In this document: positions 11,601-26,432 of the stretch, piece after piece
Layout of the letters: each line of letters starts with the position of its first letter
Position numbering within the stretch: the first letter of the stretch is position 1
Source of the DNA: Octopus bimaculoides
Taxonomy: Eukaryota
DNA length: 59,399 nt
Assembly: GCF_001194135.2 (NCBI RefSeq)
Contig: NC_068981.1
Span: forward strand, 39,827,920 to 39,887,318
Reading direction: 5' to 3'
Translations under genes and position numbers: made by a program
Notes under the pieces: model-generated
Told to the model about the DNA's origin: nothing
Databases searched by the model: none
What the model saw: only the letters and a program-made list of their open reading frames with translations

Positions 11601-13859
11601 AAATTTCAGAACAAAGCCAGAATCTAGAGTGTAGCCGGGGCAGCAGAGATTAATGAGAAATAGAAGTGAGTGGGGAAAAATGTCTCTTATTTTTTTGTCA
11701 TGTTTATTCTATTAATTTTTTGTGTCTATTTTTAATTGCTTTTTTTTATTATTTGGTCACTGGCACTTCGTGAAAACTGGAAAGTTCATAAATTCAACGT
11801 AGTATAGAAATTTGAAAATTAAGAAACAATTTCTCAATGAGAAACATCTGTGTAGTAGTGGTCTTTCCTAGTATTGCATTTTCACTGTTTTCATTCTATT
11901 TAAACGCTCAATTTGTAGTCCTTAAAAATACCGCAGTCAAAATATAGGAATAATTTTTTTTATTTGTCGCTTGACCTATTTTTATTAAATGATTTAATTT
12001 ATATGCGATCAAATACAATCTTCAGAAGTTCTGGAAAAGTGTTGCGTTTCTTTGATTTTGTCCTGGGTTTTGGCCGCTCTGTATGGTAACCAAATTAGAT
12101 GTCCCCTTCCTTAAACGTAACATACCTTCAACAAGAACAAAAATACGTATATACAGATGTCACCTTATGCGATCTGCATACCCCGTACACCCAGTTGCCA
12201 AGTGTAGAGGGGAGGTAGGGCAAACACAAAGAGACACACGCGAATATATATATATATGACGCGTTTCTTTCAGTTTCCGTCTACTAAATCCACATTTTAT
12301 CTGTGATTATTCTGTCTTTATTTATCGAAGTGTACATTATCTACTGTGTCTATTTTTGAAGACAGTAGTATGTTTCCTTTAAAAATATTGGCTACTATTT
12401 TTAACAGGTCGAATGACAAGTTAGAGGCTCCTATGTTGGTTTTGCTGGTTATTTATTGTTGTTACTGTTATAAGTACTTCTCTGTATGTTCACTAGATTA
12501 CTGATGCGGTCGGCTAATATTATTTAAGAAACAAATTTTTCTAGCAATTGTTCAAATTGGTGTTTGCTTACAATAGTTAACCTGTTTGTTTTTGCTTTCT
12601 TGGCAATAGATTTCGATATCTATTAGTAGTGGATTCCTATTCCTCTAATTTCTTATTCAAGAGATAAAGCAGACCAGCGATTTAAAATCAATCTTACATC
12701 ATTGAGCAAACTATTAAAATGTAACATTTTTAAATAACATCTTCCAACACACACCCATATATGTTCTAAAATAGCTAAAGCGTAATTAATTATACTCAGT
12801 TCCGGAGAATTTCGTGCTTCTGTTGTCATCATTGCGAGAATCATTAGCAAACATCCTTGCTACCAGCTTAACAATAATTAGTTTACCTGGACAGTAGAAC
12901 GTGCGAAATTCGTAATGAAAGCATTACAGATAATGGCTTAAATTACCTGCAGTTGGCTACACAATTTATGTAGGAACCTTTATTACTAAACCACGGGTAT
13001 TAATAATGTCTTTATTCACTAGACCATCGATGTACAAATAATTATTGTCGCAACATAATGTTATTTAACATTACCTTTTAATAATGGCGGCTACAATGAA
13101 CTAATATCAGCGCTAAGCTTACTTACTGAGCTAACAACAACTGTCATGTGCACTGTTTCTTTGATTTTATTCTGGTTTTCTATTAAATATGGACTTTTCA
13201 TTCCACAGCAATATACGCTTTTCTTTTTCGTAACATCTGTTCGGCATTCATGATAGCAGTTCGATTTAGCGTTAAAGTCTTTCTTTATTCTGAACCGCCT
13301 AAAGTCGTTTTATTCTTTTATTATTTTTCCTGATTTCTGTCATTGGCTGCGGCCATGCTGTGGCACCACATTCTAGGGTTCTAGTCGATTCCAGTCGGCT
13401 ACTTATTTTATCAGATCAATATTTATTAAATCGGCAAGTTATGCTTTTTGACATAAAGTACACGAGAGTAGCAAGCAGATACACACACATACACACACGC
13501 ATACAAACTAGCAAACAAACAAACATACACACAGGCTCACTCACACATACACGTATACACATATATACACATAAGGTGGAGTCATCAGAGTCTTAGTTTT
13601 CTTTGCAGCAATTGTTTCCGACTCTCTACAGTCTGAGTTCAAATAAGTATCAGTTACGCACTGGGGTCGGTGTAATCGACTTAATCCCTTTGTCTATCCT
13701 TGTTTGTCCCCTCTATGTTTAGCCCCTTATGGGCAATTAAGAAATAAATATAGAACGCAGGCATTATATTATAATAATTAAAATACGTAAGAGAGAAGTT
13801 TTAAAATATTTCCACAAATTTGTGACAGAACTCAATGAATCATTACGTATTCAGAGAAA

Positions 13860-14200
13860 CAACTTAAGGTTACTAGTAAAAATATGTAGCAAAAATTAAA
13901 TATAAAAGCACCCATCGTTCGTCAGTCGTGTAAGGTGTATTACTCTTACACGGTATTGCAAGACCACATATTGATCAAAGCACTTCGTCTCATTCCTCTT
14001 TACTCCCCTGACTTTGCTTCATTTGACTATCTTTTCAGATCATTGCAGTAATTATTTACAAGGAAAATAGCTTATTACTTTCGGAAAGATATTGAATGTT
14101 TCTTTATTTCGAAATCTGAATAATTTTACGCCCGAGGAATTGACAATTTGCCAGATAAATGGGATTATGTTATCAAAGATGGAGAAATATTATCTTGATT
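13860..14200 (+). mobile_element. Mariner transposase C-terminal remnant
   Basis: GVLLLHGIARPH (cf. LLHDNARPH), PLYSPDFASFDY (cf. YSPDLAPSDY), FYARGIDNLPDKW. Confidence 0.75.
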
Positions 14201-15554
14201 AGGTATATCAATTAAGATCAAAGAAGCATTTGTTTCTTTCCCACCATGAAATGCAACCTGACATATGTAGGAAATAATTATATGCCAAAGTTAAAAGTAC
14301 ACAAACTTTGACATGTTTTGTTTATTGCCAGTTAGCTCCGAATGAACGACCCATGATTAAATGAATATAAATATTATTTTTATGTTCAGCGGACATGGGA
14401 CTGCGTTATTTAATACGTCCTAGTTTTCTAAGACACTAAAGTATCATTTGAAGGCGATTTAGTTGCTATTTCTAGCATATCAGTATTCCATGTAGAGGCT
14501 CCCCTATGGTTGGCTTTTTTAAATTGACCTTTCATTCTCCATAGTGGCAAGAAGCAGCGCATGCGTTGATGAACAAAGATATAAAATATGTAACCCCCAC
14601 ATACGCTAGAATGTATAATTAGGTGAATGTATATATGTGCGTATACAAAAAAGTGTACTATTGGATATTCACTGTATTTATTTACGCATGTGGTCTCGGA
14701 TAGTTTCCTAATATTCTGTATTCTTCCTTGTGTATGTGTGAAAATGTAGGTGTACATATAAGTGTTTGAATTTGTGCAATGTGATTTTAAGTGCGCATGT
14801 GTGTGTGAGACTACGTGTGTGCGTGCGTGCGTGTGTGTATGTGCGTGTGTGTGTGTGTGTCTGTGTGTGTGTGGGGGGGGNNNNNNNNNNNGGGGGGGGG
14901 GTGATATAGAAAACTGCTGTTAGCTTTTCGTACGCAGAAGGCTTTACAAATTTTTAATCAGAAATGACACCCATATTAAATTAAGTAATCTTACATATAC
15001 AAACACGAATCTCATTTTTCAGTTTCATCCATTCCATACATGACTACCTACTGACCTTTTTCTGATTATCTGCTGACCTTTTTGGTTATATATTGACCTT
15101 TCTTCTTGCTTAACAACATCGCTCACCTTACTAAATTCTCGTGTCATATTTTAGTGAAAGAAGTTCACACGTAATGAACGACGGTGAACTATATTCCTGG
15201 GACATTAAGTAACAACATAAATTCATCTTCCTTACTAATTTAAAGAGGTATTCCTTAACCTCTCTGGTTATAAATTTTATTCATAATACTCCCGCTAAAC
15301 TTTACAGGTCAAAACATAACACAATACGTATTTGTTTCAAAGTTGCTATGGGTATTTTTGAAATCAAGTAATAATAACGATTTCTTTGACACAAAATTCG
15401 TGTAAGTTGCATACTTGCCAGGTTATTATCTGATGAACCCCGAGACGAGCGAAAAATAAAGACTATAATGATTGAAGTCAAGACGCAGTGAGACGAAACC
15501 AAATGTTATAAAGCATTTAGCCCAGTGCCCTAGCCACTCTGCAATCATATGACA

Positions 15555-15665
15555 CTGTGGTGGTGGTGGTGGTGGCGGCGGCGGCGGTGAGGAGGAGGGC
15601 GACGATGACAACGACGATGACAACGACGATGACCACGGCGACCGACAACAACAATAATGATGATA
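15555..15665. repeat. GGT/GGC/GAC trinucleotide repeats
   Basis: Direct. Confidence 0.9.
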
Positions 15666-16331
15666 GAGCGAAGGATAGTCACGCTCTTCCTTCTAACAAC
15701 TCTCATTGCCTCACTTCAAATCACAAAACAGTCAACATCTTTTAACATTTTCCAATTTTCTTATTTATTCGTTAATATATTTCTGTCCTGAGCTTCCTTG
15801 GCGGCGATTAATTTTTGTTTTTACATTCGCACAAGGTTTCAATTTTACTTAAGAAGTTAGTAAATCGATTGTTTAAATCCATGTGCAGTACTGGGGTAAA
15901 GTTTATCAGCCCATGAATGATGAAAGGCAAATCAGAAGTTAGCTACTAATATAGAAGCATGTGACATAGAACGTGGTTTTAGATATGGGGGTAGGGACAA
16001 GTCGATTATTTCAACCCAATACTTGAGTGATACTTTGTTATCGACCCCCAAAAGGATGAAGACAAAGTCCACCTGGATAGATTTACACTATCCTTACTCT
16101 CTCTTTTACTCACTTTTACTTGTTTCAGTCATTTGACTGTGGCCATGCTGGAGCATCGCCNNNNNNNNNNNNNNNNNNNNNNNNNNNNNNNNNNNNNNNN
16201 NNNNNNNNNNNNNNNNNNNNNNNNNNNNNNNNNNNNNNNNNNNNNNNNNNNNNNNNNNNNTTAATACTCAACTGCAAGGTAACTATATAAACCGTGGTTT
16301 ATATATATTTTATGTATTATAATAATCAGAT

Positions 16332-16729
16332 GAGAGAATAGAGAGGTAATTAATAAATTATTTATTAATAAAATACTTGACAAACATCCCTTACAGCTGT
16401 TTCAAACCTTCAATTTAAACCTTCAGAAAATTAATTAATTAAATTAAAAATTATTTGAAAGTCGAATCTTTTCAGAGGTAGCTAAAGATGTACAAAATAG
16501 GTGTTCATTTTCCTCTTGTTGAGTAACGGTTTGCAGCCGGTTACTCAACATGAGGAAATTGAACACCTATTTTGTATATCTTTATCTACCTTTGAAGAGA
16601 TTGACTTCCAAATAATTTTAAATTTAATTAATTAATTTTCTGTGGGTTTCAATTGAAACAGCTGTAAAGGAAGTTTGTCAATTTTTTAATCAATAAATAA
16701 TAATTTATTAATTACCACTCTATTCTCTC
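16332..16729. repeat. ~400 bp imperfect palindrome, each arm with a mutated HHR motif
   Basis: Arms pair around 16527-16540. + arm: TTGAAGA 16592-16598, stem II GATTGA/TCAATT, GAAACAGCTGTA 16655-16666. - arm: CTGAAAA 16475-16469 and GAAACAGCTGTA. Confidence 0.85.
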
Positions 16730-17120
16730 CTCTTATATATATANNNNNNNNNNNNNNNNNNNNNNNNNNNNNNNNNNNNNNNNNNNNNNNNNNNNNNNNN
16801 NNNNNNNNNNNNNNNNNNNNNNNNNNNNNNNNNNNNNNNNNNNNNNNNNNNNNNNNNNNNNNNNNNNNNNNNNNNNNNNNNNNNNNNNNNNNNNNNNNNN
16901 NNNNNNNNNNNNNNNNNNNNNNNNNNNNNNNNNNNNNNNNNNNNNNNNNNNNNNNNNNNNNNNNNNNNNNNNNNNNNNNNNNNNNNNNNNNNNNNNNNNN
17001 NNNNNNNNNNNNNNNNNNNNNNNNNNNNNNNNNNNNNNNNNNNNNNNNNNNNNNNNNNNNNNNNNNNNNNNNNNNNNNNNNNNNNNNNNNNNNNNNNNNN
17101 NNNNNNNNNNNNNNNNNNNN

Positions 17121-17153
<33 letters not shown>

Positions 17154-17762
17154 TATTTTAATAACTATTACTTTGTATTTTATTATAGTTCTTTTTGGTG
17201 TATTTGCTTATTAAATTTTTCAATATGTGACTGTGGATTTTCATGGATGAGTTCAGGAATTGTGGTTCTTTTCTCTAAATTATATATTCATATATGTATA
17301 TATGTATATATATTATATAGATATATACATAAATATATACATATACATACACACAAACACGCATACATATATATTCAAATACATACATAGGCAGAAAGAT
17401 ACTCACAGGCATATGCATATATATCTATACATATACTCGTACATATTCTTGCGGCAATAACATAGAAACACAGTTTTGCTAAAGTATATGTTTACGATCA
17501 CATACTTATACACATGAACAAACGATCATATACATAAACATGATCTTACACATCCCAAACATCGATACACCCAAACACATAATTAGATACACATACACAC
17601 ACTTACTTAAGCGCATATACATTATTTTTTATTCACAAAATACATACGAAGAGAAGACGCTAGGAATTTAAAATGACGTTATCGAGACGAACTAGATATT
17701 GTGAGAGGAGAAGATGTATAGAAAGATTGGGAGGAGGAAAGAAAGGAAAGATAAAAGAGAGT

Positions 17763-17832
<70 letters not shown>
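17763..17832. repeat. (GA)n microsatellite
   Basis: Direct. Confidence 0.97.
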
Positions 17833-17835
<3 letters not shown>

Positions 17836-19432
17836 TGGGGAAACTGTAAATATAAAAAAATGCATGAAAAGAGATGAAAGAAGGAAAATAGGAAAATTAT
17901 GGGAAGTAAATAAAAGAAAATTTTCAGAAGTTATTAGGATATGGGAGTTCACACACATACACAATTCAATAATTTCGCAAATTTATATAAAATTTAATGT
18001 GTTTTCAAGCCATTTTTTGCACTTTTTTCTATTTAGGTCTCTATTATTTAATTTTATTTATCAAATAAACACGTATAAATATATATCTATGTATTTATGT
18101 ATGTGTACAGGTAACAAACACATACACACACACACACATGGAGACAGGCAAGCGGAATGACAGACAAGCAAATAAACAGGTACATAGATGTGTACAATAA
18201 AGTAGGAAATGTTTACCACGTATTATTGAAAAACCACGTATTACTAAAAAACTCATGAAGCCTGCAATAATTCAGTAGTGTTATCAATAGAACAAATAAT
18301 TTTTTGTCTCTTGATTACATCACTATTTTTCTCACACAATTGAAATTCCTAGTTCTGGTGTCAATTTATCAGATCAACTACCGTGCATAAATTTAAATAT
18401 ATTTCAAAGAGATATGCTAACACATGTGTGATGAATATGACGTTTTGATATCTGTGCCGATGGTTCCTGTCTGCATCTTCTCAAGGAAGCCGTGTAGGTC
18501 CCCTACACGGTCACTCAACATGCTAAAAATAGGAAAGAAATCTCTCACAAATCAATCTTTAAAATGTCTGAAAAAAACAAAACAAAAAAAAAAACGGGGA
18601 ACGCAATCGGAAAAATGTATTCTGAGTTAAATTATGCTGAAAGTAAGGGACGAGTTGCTCGCACTCAAAATGACTTTCATCATAGGTTCGTTCGACGAAG
18701 AAAGACCTATAAATCCCGCCACCACTATCACAAATAAGATGATCAACGATATCGGGCATTAATATATCAACTGCAGAGAAATGAACGGCAAAATCAACAG
18801 TAGTCGGATCTGCAAAGCAAAACTAAATGCACAAGGTATTTCGGCCCGACGCTGAGTCGTTACTCCAGTCCACAACTCTATTCTATAGATAGATAAACTT
18901 TTCTTCTTACTATAGGCACAAGGTGCTGTAATATTGTGTGAGACAGGAGCTGGTCGATTACATCGCCCCAGCGATCGACTGGAATTTATTTCATCGATCC
19001 TCAAAAGGATGAAAATCAAGAACTGACTCGGGGGAATTAGGACAGAGAACATAAAGCCGGAAGTAATGCTGCTAAGCCTTTTGTCCGGTGTGTTATCGAT
19101 TCTTCCCGTTCGCCTTTTTAAAAGTAAATGAATAATAAGAACGAAAATGCAGTAGTAGTTATGAAGAGGTAAAGTCTAATGGAGAAACAAAATAAATAAG
19201 AAAGTCTTGAAGAAAAACATTACGACAAGTGTATTTTTTATTTCGAGTCATTTGTAAATCACTAATCGTTGTACAATTCATTTCAAATTAATCCAATGTA
19301 TGCCATTTAGTGGGGAATGAGTTTGACATTTTATCATAATTACGTGCCTCACATTGAGAAACCCCGTAATCTAGCATTCCTAAACATTCACCGAACTATA
19401 TTACATGTAATTATCTTAATCTCCCACCATCA

Positions 19433-19473
<41 letters not shown>

Positions 19474-19575
19474 CACCTCCAGAGATTTGTGGTGTTTTAC
19501 CAGGAAAGGGAAGTATTAACCTACGGTTGAAACTGACCCAGATGATGAGTTCGACTTGCATTTTAGTAGGTCAAC

Positions 19576-19809
19576 CTAGAGCCGGAGACGTATGTAGGCT
19601 ATGGAATATATTAGCGTTTGTTGTAGAATATATTACTTCAAGTGGTTCATACTGCAAAGTGACCTCTAGAATCATCCTTATTATACTTTTATTGCTTTCT
19701 GATTTACAAGAAATTGGATAAGTGTTTAATTCTAGTTCCTGTCGCTTTAAGCTGATTACAGACACATTTATCTGCATAAAACATTGTTCTTTCACAAGTA
19801 ATTTTATTC
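19576..19809 (-). CDS. Weak candidate exon, possibly extracellular (GIKLLVKEQCFMQINVS...SCKSESNKSIIRMILEVTLQYEP...)
   Basis: Lies in a 95-codon ORF; acceptor tatcattcctgccacag|, weak donor CTAG|gttgac; phase 1-1; N-x-S sequons. Could be chance. Confidence 0.2.
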
Positions 19810-20419
19810 CTGTGGCAGGAATGATACTGGCATTGCAAGTCAGCGAATCACTTGTCATTCTTTACCACCACCGTTGCTTGCACCAATAAATTATATAAAT
19901 TTCGGTACATATAAGAGATACGTGCAGCATACGGCACCATTAAAAAACGTAATCATCGACTACTTGCTCAATAATCCATCGGATCGGCCACACACACATA
20001 CACACTCACACGCACACAGCAACACACACATACACATAAACACACTCTCTCTCTTTCTCTCTCTGTCTCTTTCTCTCTATGTCTCTTTCTCTCTCTGTCT
20101 CTTTCTCTCTCTCCCTCTCCTTCTGTTGGCTAAAGCTTTTTTCAGTTTGTCATGGGCATTGTATCTTTAAAAATGCGTAGAAATTAACGTAACAGAATTT
20201 ACTAATTATTTTAAAAGGTTTCTATGAGAATTAGAATTATCTATTCTTTCTGAGGGCAAAGACTCAGTACACCGAGTTATTGCATAACTTTGCAGAGGTC
20301 AGTAAACTCCACTGGTAAACCCCGCTAATTTATGTAAAATATATATTGCATCAACAATAACAAATTGTTTTCATGATTTCTTAATATAGAGTCTTTGCCT
20401 AAAGTCAACATTTACTGTG

Positions 20420-21040
20420 AGACTCATGAAGTAGCAATCTACCTGTACAACTGGTTTTTATGCGTTTGAGCTTTTTCTGGAGTTTTCGGCCTTAGTTGCT
20501 TTTGGGCTGCCCTTTTTCTGTTTTCTTTCTGAATGTACACAGTTCATTACAGTTTTTTCATGACGAGAGACTAGTAAGCACAAAATATAATCCACTAGAC
20601 GAAATAGCTACAACATCTCGTTGGTTTGCAGCAGATGGGTTTTAGTTCGCAGGAGAATCTTTTGATTTGTGATTCTGTTTCCCCAGATAATTTTGCGGAT
20701 CTTTTGTAGGTATAGTTCATGAAATGTGTCGAGGCTCTTGACCAATTTTCCGCTTTTACCCCATCATACAGAACTACTGGCAGAATTGTTGCACTAAAAA
20801 TTCGGATCTCCTACTGCAGTGCTAATGCGTGTTGTTGTTCATATTTGCTGTATTTACTGGAATATTGCCAGTGCTACAGACCATATCACTTTTATTCACG
20901 TTTTACCCACGTTTCCATCCGTGTTGACCAAGTCGTTCGCAACATTATCTGCTACAAACTTTTCCAACTGCCAAATTTCTTTGAATTTATTGGAATAATT
21001 ACCAAAGAGTGACCGCGCGTATATTTTTCAGATTTCGAGG
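20420..21040 (-). mobile_element. RTE-clade LINE post-RT remnant
   Basis: RIFSATILPVVLY...LDTFHELYLQKIRKIIWGNRITNQKILLRT resembles the RTE post-RT consensus. Confidence 0.65.
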
Positions 21041-21539
21041 CAACGTATGAAATTAATTGCTTAGACACTTCCTGAACTTTTGCTACTAATTGCTAATTTG
21101 GTAAAAACGTTGAACTCTAGACATTTATATTGATAAGACTAGAATGACGGAGAGAAAAAGAATACTGAAGTGAAGTCCAAAGTTAAAAATATGCGTTTGC
21201 AGAAAACAAATTCAAGGTGATGAGCTGGCAGAATCGTTAGCACGCCGGGGAAAATGCATTTCGTCCATCTTTACACTCTGAGTTCAAATGCCACCGAGGT
21301 CGACTTTGCCTTTCAGCCTATCGGGGTCAATGAAATAAGTACCATATCTGTCTTTAATATGCGTTATGAATTTCCTTTTGTTATAGGCAAAATAAAAAAT
21401 GCTTCGGACAAACTCTCTTACGGTGTTTTACGTTCTGAATTCAAATTCTGCCAAGGGTTAACTTTGCCTTTCACATCTCGGGGTGAATGAAATAAAGTAA
21501 TAGTCATGAGCTAGGGAACGATGTCTTATACCTCTGTTG

Positions 21540-22160
21540 CGAACTATTATCTTACCTCAAACTCTATAGCCAGACAAACGTTGTAATTTGAAAAGGTGTA
21601 GTATTTTATAGTAGCAAAGGAGGCGATAGCTTGCACCGAATTTGGGCAACAGGAAGCACCAGCACTGATCTGAATGTCCGATATCATAGTGTAATACTTC
21701 TGGAAATAGTTTTGTATAACAGAAAAACGTGGAAAATGCTAGCAAAGATTACAAAGAAGCTTGGCCTGTTCCACGGACGATGCCAACGGAAAATTCCTAA
21801 GGTAATATGGGGAGACAGATTCATAAATGAAGAAATTGTTCTGCGTAGCAAACATCATAATGCTATCTCTGTCTCGTTTGGAGGACCATACTTTTTGCTT
21901 GTCGACCACTTGGAACGCTAAGACTGCAATGACCTGGACACCAGATGGTGGCAAATGGAAATAGGTTTGGGAATAATTTTTTAAAGTGTCCCCTAGGAAT
22001 AAGCAGTTTGAATACATAACGAGTTCAAAGAAATATAGCAGTTTTGTCAAACACACACGAAACTCTCTTTTCACTAAAGGGTTGAAAAAGTCGATAATTA
22101 ATTTATCTGGTACCTTCTTTATCAACTTTAGAAGGATTAAATATAAAACCCACCTCCACC
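21540..22160 (-). mobile_element. I-group LINE RNase H / 3' remnant
   Basis: LVMYSNCLF (cf. VIYSDSLS) then, after a frameshift, IWCPGHCS (cf. W.PGH.G), typical of LINE RNase H. Confidence 0.45.
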
Positions 22161-22848
22161 TCATCGATGGCGAGATTTGTTGAACTTAGAACAGTATTAG
22201 CAAAGTATGTGAAAATGTGTTTACATACATTTTTGATAATAAATTACTTGTATGCATTAAATGTGTTTTTTTTTTTTTCAGAGCGAAACTTTGAACTTTG
22301 ATTTTGATAAATTTACTATTGTGAATGTTTCATGAATGCCAAAGAAAATGAGTAACTAAAGACGTGACAGTAACTAAGAGAACGTGATATCAAGCATTTA
22401 TAGTTCGATTTCAAACTTACTGGCTTCGGAAATTGATCTTCGTTATTTGAGTATAAGGTATCTTAAATATTTTATCGAAAATTCTGGTCAGTTTCTTCAA
22501 GATACGAAAATTAACTACAAAATTTATTCTTAATTTTCTGAAATTCTCTCTTCTCTTTGAGAATCGCAAAAAATTATCATTAGGTTTCTGGTTTTGGTCT
22601 TAAACTTGGGAGAAAATTTGAATAAATTAAAAATGTTGTGCGTTCGTGGGACGTGGGAATGGTTACATATCTAAAAGGGAAGGGTTAACATTGAAGAGAG
22701 GTTGGATAAAAACTAATACAAATATAAGTAAAGACTGAAACAAACAACTAAGTACAACAAAACAAGGAGCACTTCAAGAAGTCTAGGAGTGGAAACTAGA
22801 CAGGAACAAAAAAAGAAATTGGAAAGATAACATTTGCTCCCAACCCCA

Positions 22849-22894
<46 letters not shown>

Positions 22895-24480
22895 GTGGTC
22901 AAGGTGGGCCTCCGTCATTCGACGATGAGGAATTAGATGTTCAATCACCCGAATTACCTAATCCTGAATTAATGTGTAAATGGGAGACCATTTAAAAGAA
23001 AGGTACACCATTAACATAATTCTAAGGCAGAATCACCATGACAGAATGTTTGACAAGGTTGTACGTTTTGAGTTACAGATACAGTCTATATGGCGAGGAT
23101 CTAAACAGTTTCCGTCTAACCACAATTTAGAAGTCGACACGAAGCTATAGAAATATTACATTTACCCAAGAATCCACATAGTAGGATCGACTGCAGGACC
23201 TCGTGGCTGCGAAACGAATTTAACTACTCAACCAAAATGCGCCTACACACACACAAATAAACACTCTCTCTATCTCTCTCTCACACACACATACACATGA
23301 ACGCATTTGTGCGTGTATGCATAAAAGCCTATTTATATTAGTCTGGTGCAAGGGCGTGTGTCTATATTGCTAATGTATCATTTAAAAAATTGTATCATTA
23401 ACTCCGCTGTAAAGCAATTGCTTCAATTTATAGTTCTTTCTACATATCTCAGTTCTTTAGTCCTTAATTATCCTCTATTATCAGATACAGAGCAAATCTA
23501 CCAATTTTTATTGTTCAAAAATTTTCTTACAAGCGATAAATTCCAAGTAGATAATAGGGGGCAATTCAGTCAAAACCAGAGGATATATTATCAATAATCG
23601 ATACGTGTAGTTTTCAAATGCATTGCATTGGTCAGATATTATAAAACAGATGCAAAGCAAGGCGTGCATTTAACATAACGTTAAGTTACTGTGAAGCAGG
23701 ATAAATGAAATAAGAAAAAGAATAGACAACAAAAAAGCTATAGAAGACAGTCGCATAAGGTTAGTGTGTTGTATTGCTTATGTTAACTAATGTTAACTAC
23801 TGTTACATACTGCTAAGGTTCATTTAAAGCATAGAAACATTGTCAAATTTGATAACGTTTGTAAACATGTATTATAAAGAAATTTTCAAAACAAGAATAT
23901 TTGTAGCTCATCAATTCAATGTTTTTGCATTATGTATTCTGACAAAATAAATTTATTTGCAAACATAATCTACTTTAAAGATGATATGATATTCGGAATA
24001 TACAATTCTATAATCTCAGATAATATTGAATGCAACAATATTAAATACTTAGCTTGAACAGTAGTAACTTTGAAGTGGAGTTTTACAAAGGATATGAAAA
24101 ATTCTCTACCCACACAACATTTTAAACTAACCTTTCTTTACCTGCTACGAAGAAAATTTGATGATAAGTTGTTCCTGTTTTGTGTTGCTCATCTAATACG
24201 TTAAAGTTAAATCATTACTCGTGAAAAAATATTTAAAATTGTTATATTTTATTTCATAAAATATCAGAATTGAATCGTGTGATTAGTCAAGCAACATAAA
24301 ACGACAAAACTTGAAGAAAGTAAAAAGTAGGCAGGGCATATTTAATCTCACAGGCTGAATCAATGTCACTGTTTAAAATAAACATAGAGAAAAGAATTTT
24401 ATAAACAAGATCAAAGAACAAAATAGCTGTAACTATGATCCATATAAAGTTGTATTTATAAAGTGGAAATCAAATCTTAC

Positions 24481-24618
24481 CGGCAATACTTAGGCCATAT
24501 AGAGATATAATCAGCAATAGTGTGATAATCAATCGTTTCAATCCGATGAAGCGTAGAATGTGTCCAAACCGAAGAACCATAGTGTAATTCCTACTGGATA
24601 ATATGATGTCCTTTGATG
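24481..24618 (-). CDS. Candidate exon with signal-peptide/anchor-like segment MVLRFGHILRFIGLKRLIITLLLIISLYGLSIA
   Basis: Acceptor cgttcctgtcctgtgtag|, ATG at 24580, basic n-region and 17-aa hydrophobic stretch, phase-1 donor GCCG|gtaaga. Confidence 0.45.
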
Positions 24619-26341
24619 CTACACAGGACAGGAACGATTAACTTTTCCTCTCAGTGTTTTTGGTGCAAACAGACATTTGGCACGACATATATATATGTAT
24701 ATGTAAACTTTTTCTGGTTTGTATTGTTTTGTGTCTTCCTTTATGTATCTCCTGTCAGACGTGCAGCAGCAAGCCACTGATATCAGATAAGGTGTAACCT
24801 TTACGGATAATTGTGCTCAACTTGTGAGCTAACACTCTGCTGCTGGTTTTATGTGAACTCTACCTTTTATTACTGAGGGCCTATCGTAATTTCCGAGAGC
24901 AATTTGTTTTTGCTTCTCTTTAACGATCAGACATATAGGATCATTTATATAGTATAGTGCATATGACACCCTATTAACTATTAGCAATTTTATGTCGACG
25001 TTAAATACAAAACAAGCTGCAGTTAACAGTTTCTTTACTATTTTTTTCTTTTAAAATAATTTTCCAACATCTTATTCTTCCTTTTCTGCTACAGCAATTG
25101 ATTATTACGATGATATCATAAAGCATGCATAAACGTAAACTGCAGAAATGCATACTTTTAATCAGATTTACTATTACTTTTAAAGTTCTAAAGGTGTATA
25201 TTGCGTCTTTTTATGCAAACATATAATTAATCCATATGAAAACTAATACTATGTGAGAATATCATCTGAATCGAACACTTTTCTTAAATAATGATCCTAT
25301 ATAGTTAACGCCTTATCGTTCCCTCGCTGAGTGCATGTCTTTTATAGATCTACACAGAAAGTCTGTAATTATTTCGGGAACCAAAGTACGCTTGCTTTTT
25401 TACGAACGGTTGTATTTGTCTTGATTTTGACTTTCGATGCTATGGCAAGGTTTATTGCAAGAGCTACTCTCGATATTTTGACAGTGGAAATAATGACCTT
25501 CGACTAATTCGTTCAAGTTAATTGTCTCAGCAATTGAATTAAGATTCTGTTTCCTTTTTAGTTTTCAGACAACATGGCTCTGACGAAACATGACTTTTAC
25601 AATGACAAAAAGACAGCTAATTAACCCAACTTAACCCAGAACAGAGTGAGCTCAAATGTTATCTATATGGTGCTAGTGCTATGAGGAAGCACCGCCAATT
25701 TCAAAGACGTTTAGTGGGTAATAGACTTAACTCATGATCAGGTTGAATATCTTCTCCCTAGTCCTTAGATACTTTTATCGTGGAACTTGAATGAAGATAA
25801 GGCAGAATGTGGTGGGTGTAATCATTTAAGATCATTGAATGTTACCACCACTAGAATTAATCAAAGAAATTCTACAGTAGAGTGGTCTCGTAAAACATTT
25901 CTCACCGTGAGAAGTGAATCAAATGAGTGCACAAAATGGGAAACATAGAATAGTAGTCCTTGCTTTGCTTTCAAGTTAAATAAAATTAATTTGACTAAAG
26001 TAAAAAGGGAGAAGAGACCTTAGTGAAAGGAAGTCGATGACAAATCTGGCTCTGCCGTAATTATAAAGGGGCACAATGAGAAAGGAAAAAGAAATTCTAT
26101 GACATGAAAAAAGTGGTTATCTGCAAGGTTCCCTCACGCTGAGGATGTTAGAAGCGTTTTCAGTGTTAAAACAAATGATACGGTAGAGTGTATTCTTAGT
26201 ACTGGACAAATTCCTGTAGGAGAAAAATGTGGAAGAGTTTATCAAAGAGAGAAATTAGGTAATTTGAAATAGGTTATTTGATGGGATAATGTCAAAAGAC
26301 AATGAGAAAGGTAAGGAAGAAAAGTTTTTGGAGTTGTCATA

Positions 26342-26344
<3 letters not shown>

Positions 26345-26379
<35 letters not shown>

Positions 26380-26432
26380 CGTGCGTGCCTGTATGTTCGT
26401 GTGTGTGTATGTTTGTGTGTTTGTGTGTGTGT

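Noticed and set aside
15425-15470. CTGATGA...GAAA spacing
   Set aside because: No stem II, stem III or NUH pairing. The same holds for the hits near 8950, 10812, 32425 and 40775.
19317-19721. 134-aa + strand ORF
   Set aside because: Includes a (CA)n tract and has no domain signal; ORFs of this length can occur by chance.
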